DNA of 64,000 bases. Source: Laetmonice hystrix (lineage: Eukaryota). Both the position numbers and the translations under genes were made by a program. Positions 62,950-64,000 of the stretch are shown here, piece after piece (position 1 is the stretch's first letter; every line of letters starts with the position of its first letter). Below the pieces are notes generated by a model. It did not search any database and was not told the origin of the DNA. It worked only from the letters and a program-made list of their open reading frames with translations. The stretch is from NCBI GenBank assembly GCA_965235115.1, contig OZ249440.1, forward strand, positions 33,296,001-33,360,000, written 5' to 3'.

Positions 62950-64000
62950 CACCAGTACCTGATAAATTAACAGCTTGCTTTAATGCGTCTCTGAAGATAG
63001 GGTCTTTCCCAGTCAGCTGGAAGAATGCACTTGTGGTGCCTCTGTTTAAAACGGGGATGTGACGGAAGTGGGGAACTACAGGCCTGTGTCCCTATTGCCA
63101 TTGCCAGGGAAGTTACTGAAGAAATTTGTACATGGGAGAAGATATAAGCATCTGGTAAACAACAACATTTTGGTTGATGAGCAATATGGTTTTAGGCCAG
63201 GTCGTTCCACCTTGGACTCTGTTGCCGAACTAACTGATGACATAATACTTGAGATGAACAAAAGTAACTATACCCTTGCTGCCTTTATAGACCTTAAAAA
63301 GGCTTTTGACACTGTTGATCATTCTATCTTGGTAAAGAAACTGTATAAACTTGGTATCAGAGGCTCCCTGTACAGATGGATTTGTAGCTACCTTGAGCGG
63401 CGAACGCAAAGGGCAATGGTGAACGATAGGGTGTCGAGATCTCTTGTGGGGTTCCTCAGGGGTCGGTCCTTGGCCTGTTACTTTTTATATTGTATACTTA
63501 TGATATGGCGGATAAAATCGGGCACTGTGGTATTAAATTATTTGCAGACGACACTGCCATTTACAGAAGTGGGTCTGATCTGCCGATGGTGCGGCTGCAA
63601 TTACAGAGTAACCTTGATAATCTGTCCAAATGGTGTACAGAAAATAAGCTAACGATAAATGCCAAGAAATCACAATGTGTTTTATTTGATCGCAAGCACA
63701 GAGCAGGCAAAGAAGCCCCAGCAGTTCCCAAGCTCAGGCTTAGTGGGCAGGAATTGGACTTTGTGGACAGTTATAAGTACATGTATCTAGGAGTGATTTT
63801 TGACAAGAACATGACCTTCAACTTACATGCCAGCAATGTATACAAGCTAGCTGCTCATAAAATTTATCTTATGGGCAGGGTCAGGAATTTGTTGACACCT
63901 GGAACCTGCTTGCAAATCTACAAATAAAAAGGCCTACCTTATTTTGATTATGGGGATATTTTTCACAACAAGGTCAATTCCACTATGCTTACCAAAATTC
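62950..64000 (+). mobile_element. Dead CR1/L2-group LINE, copy 7 (runs off the window)
   Basis: Same 5' junction, tggagg|caccagtacc. Confidence 0.92.

Larger units (their letters stand above)
1..64000. repeat. Large tandem/segmental duplication, period 38,623 bp at the recombinase gene (1-~25.4 kb is homologous to 38624-64000)
   Basis: tcgcattgaaggcatga starts at both 1 and 38624. The ORF at 1525 recurs at 40148 (+38623) and the ORF at 4291 at 42581 (+38290 after indels). Introns, MITE, LINE and the satellite start are all duplicated in the same order and orientation with few differences. Confidence 0.97.

Noticed and set aside
10957..64000. Active or site-specific LINE array (telomeric or rDNA type)
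   Set aside because: All copies share the same truncation and inactivating lesions, which indicates DNA-level duplication. No rDNA or telomeric repeats are present.

Overview
Repeat-dense eukaryotic DNA with GT-AG introns, non-LTR and LTR retroelements and satellites. An invertebrate animal origin is inferred from the element types. The window holds about 1.65 copies of a ~38.6-kb tandem unit: position 1 matches 38624, and homology continues to the window end, with different array sizes. The unit carries a spliced, ~9-exon, ~887-aa gene with two C2H2-like zinc fingers, a tyrosine-recombinase domain, an acidic 19-aa repeat tract and a small C-terminal helical domain. The visible part of copy 1 is intact; copy 2 has a frameshift and a nonsense codon. 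Downstream come an antisense decayed LINE split by a TA-flanked MITE, a 21-bp minisatellite, and a 159/168-bp satellite co-amplified with a dead CR1/L2-type LINE (3 + 4 copies) between CACTG...CAGTG inverted termini. Further on are an env-only LTR element with apparently identical LTRs, a tRNA-Trp PBS and a 4-bp TSD, a foldback element, Helentron-type non-autonomous elements and a 173/183-bp satellite. No CRISPR, rRNA or tRNA genes were seen. All calls are from reading the sequence by eye; no searches were run.
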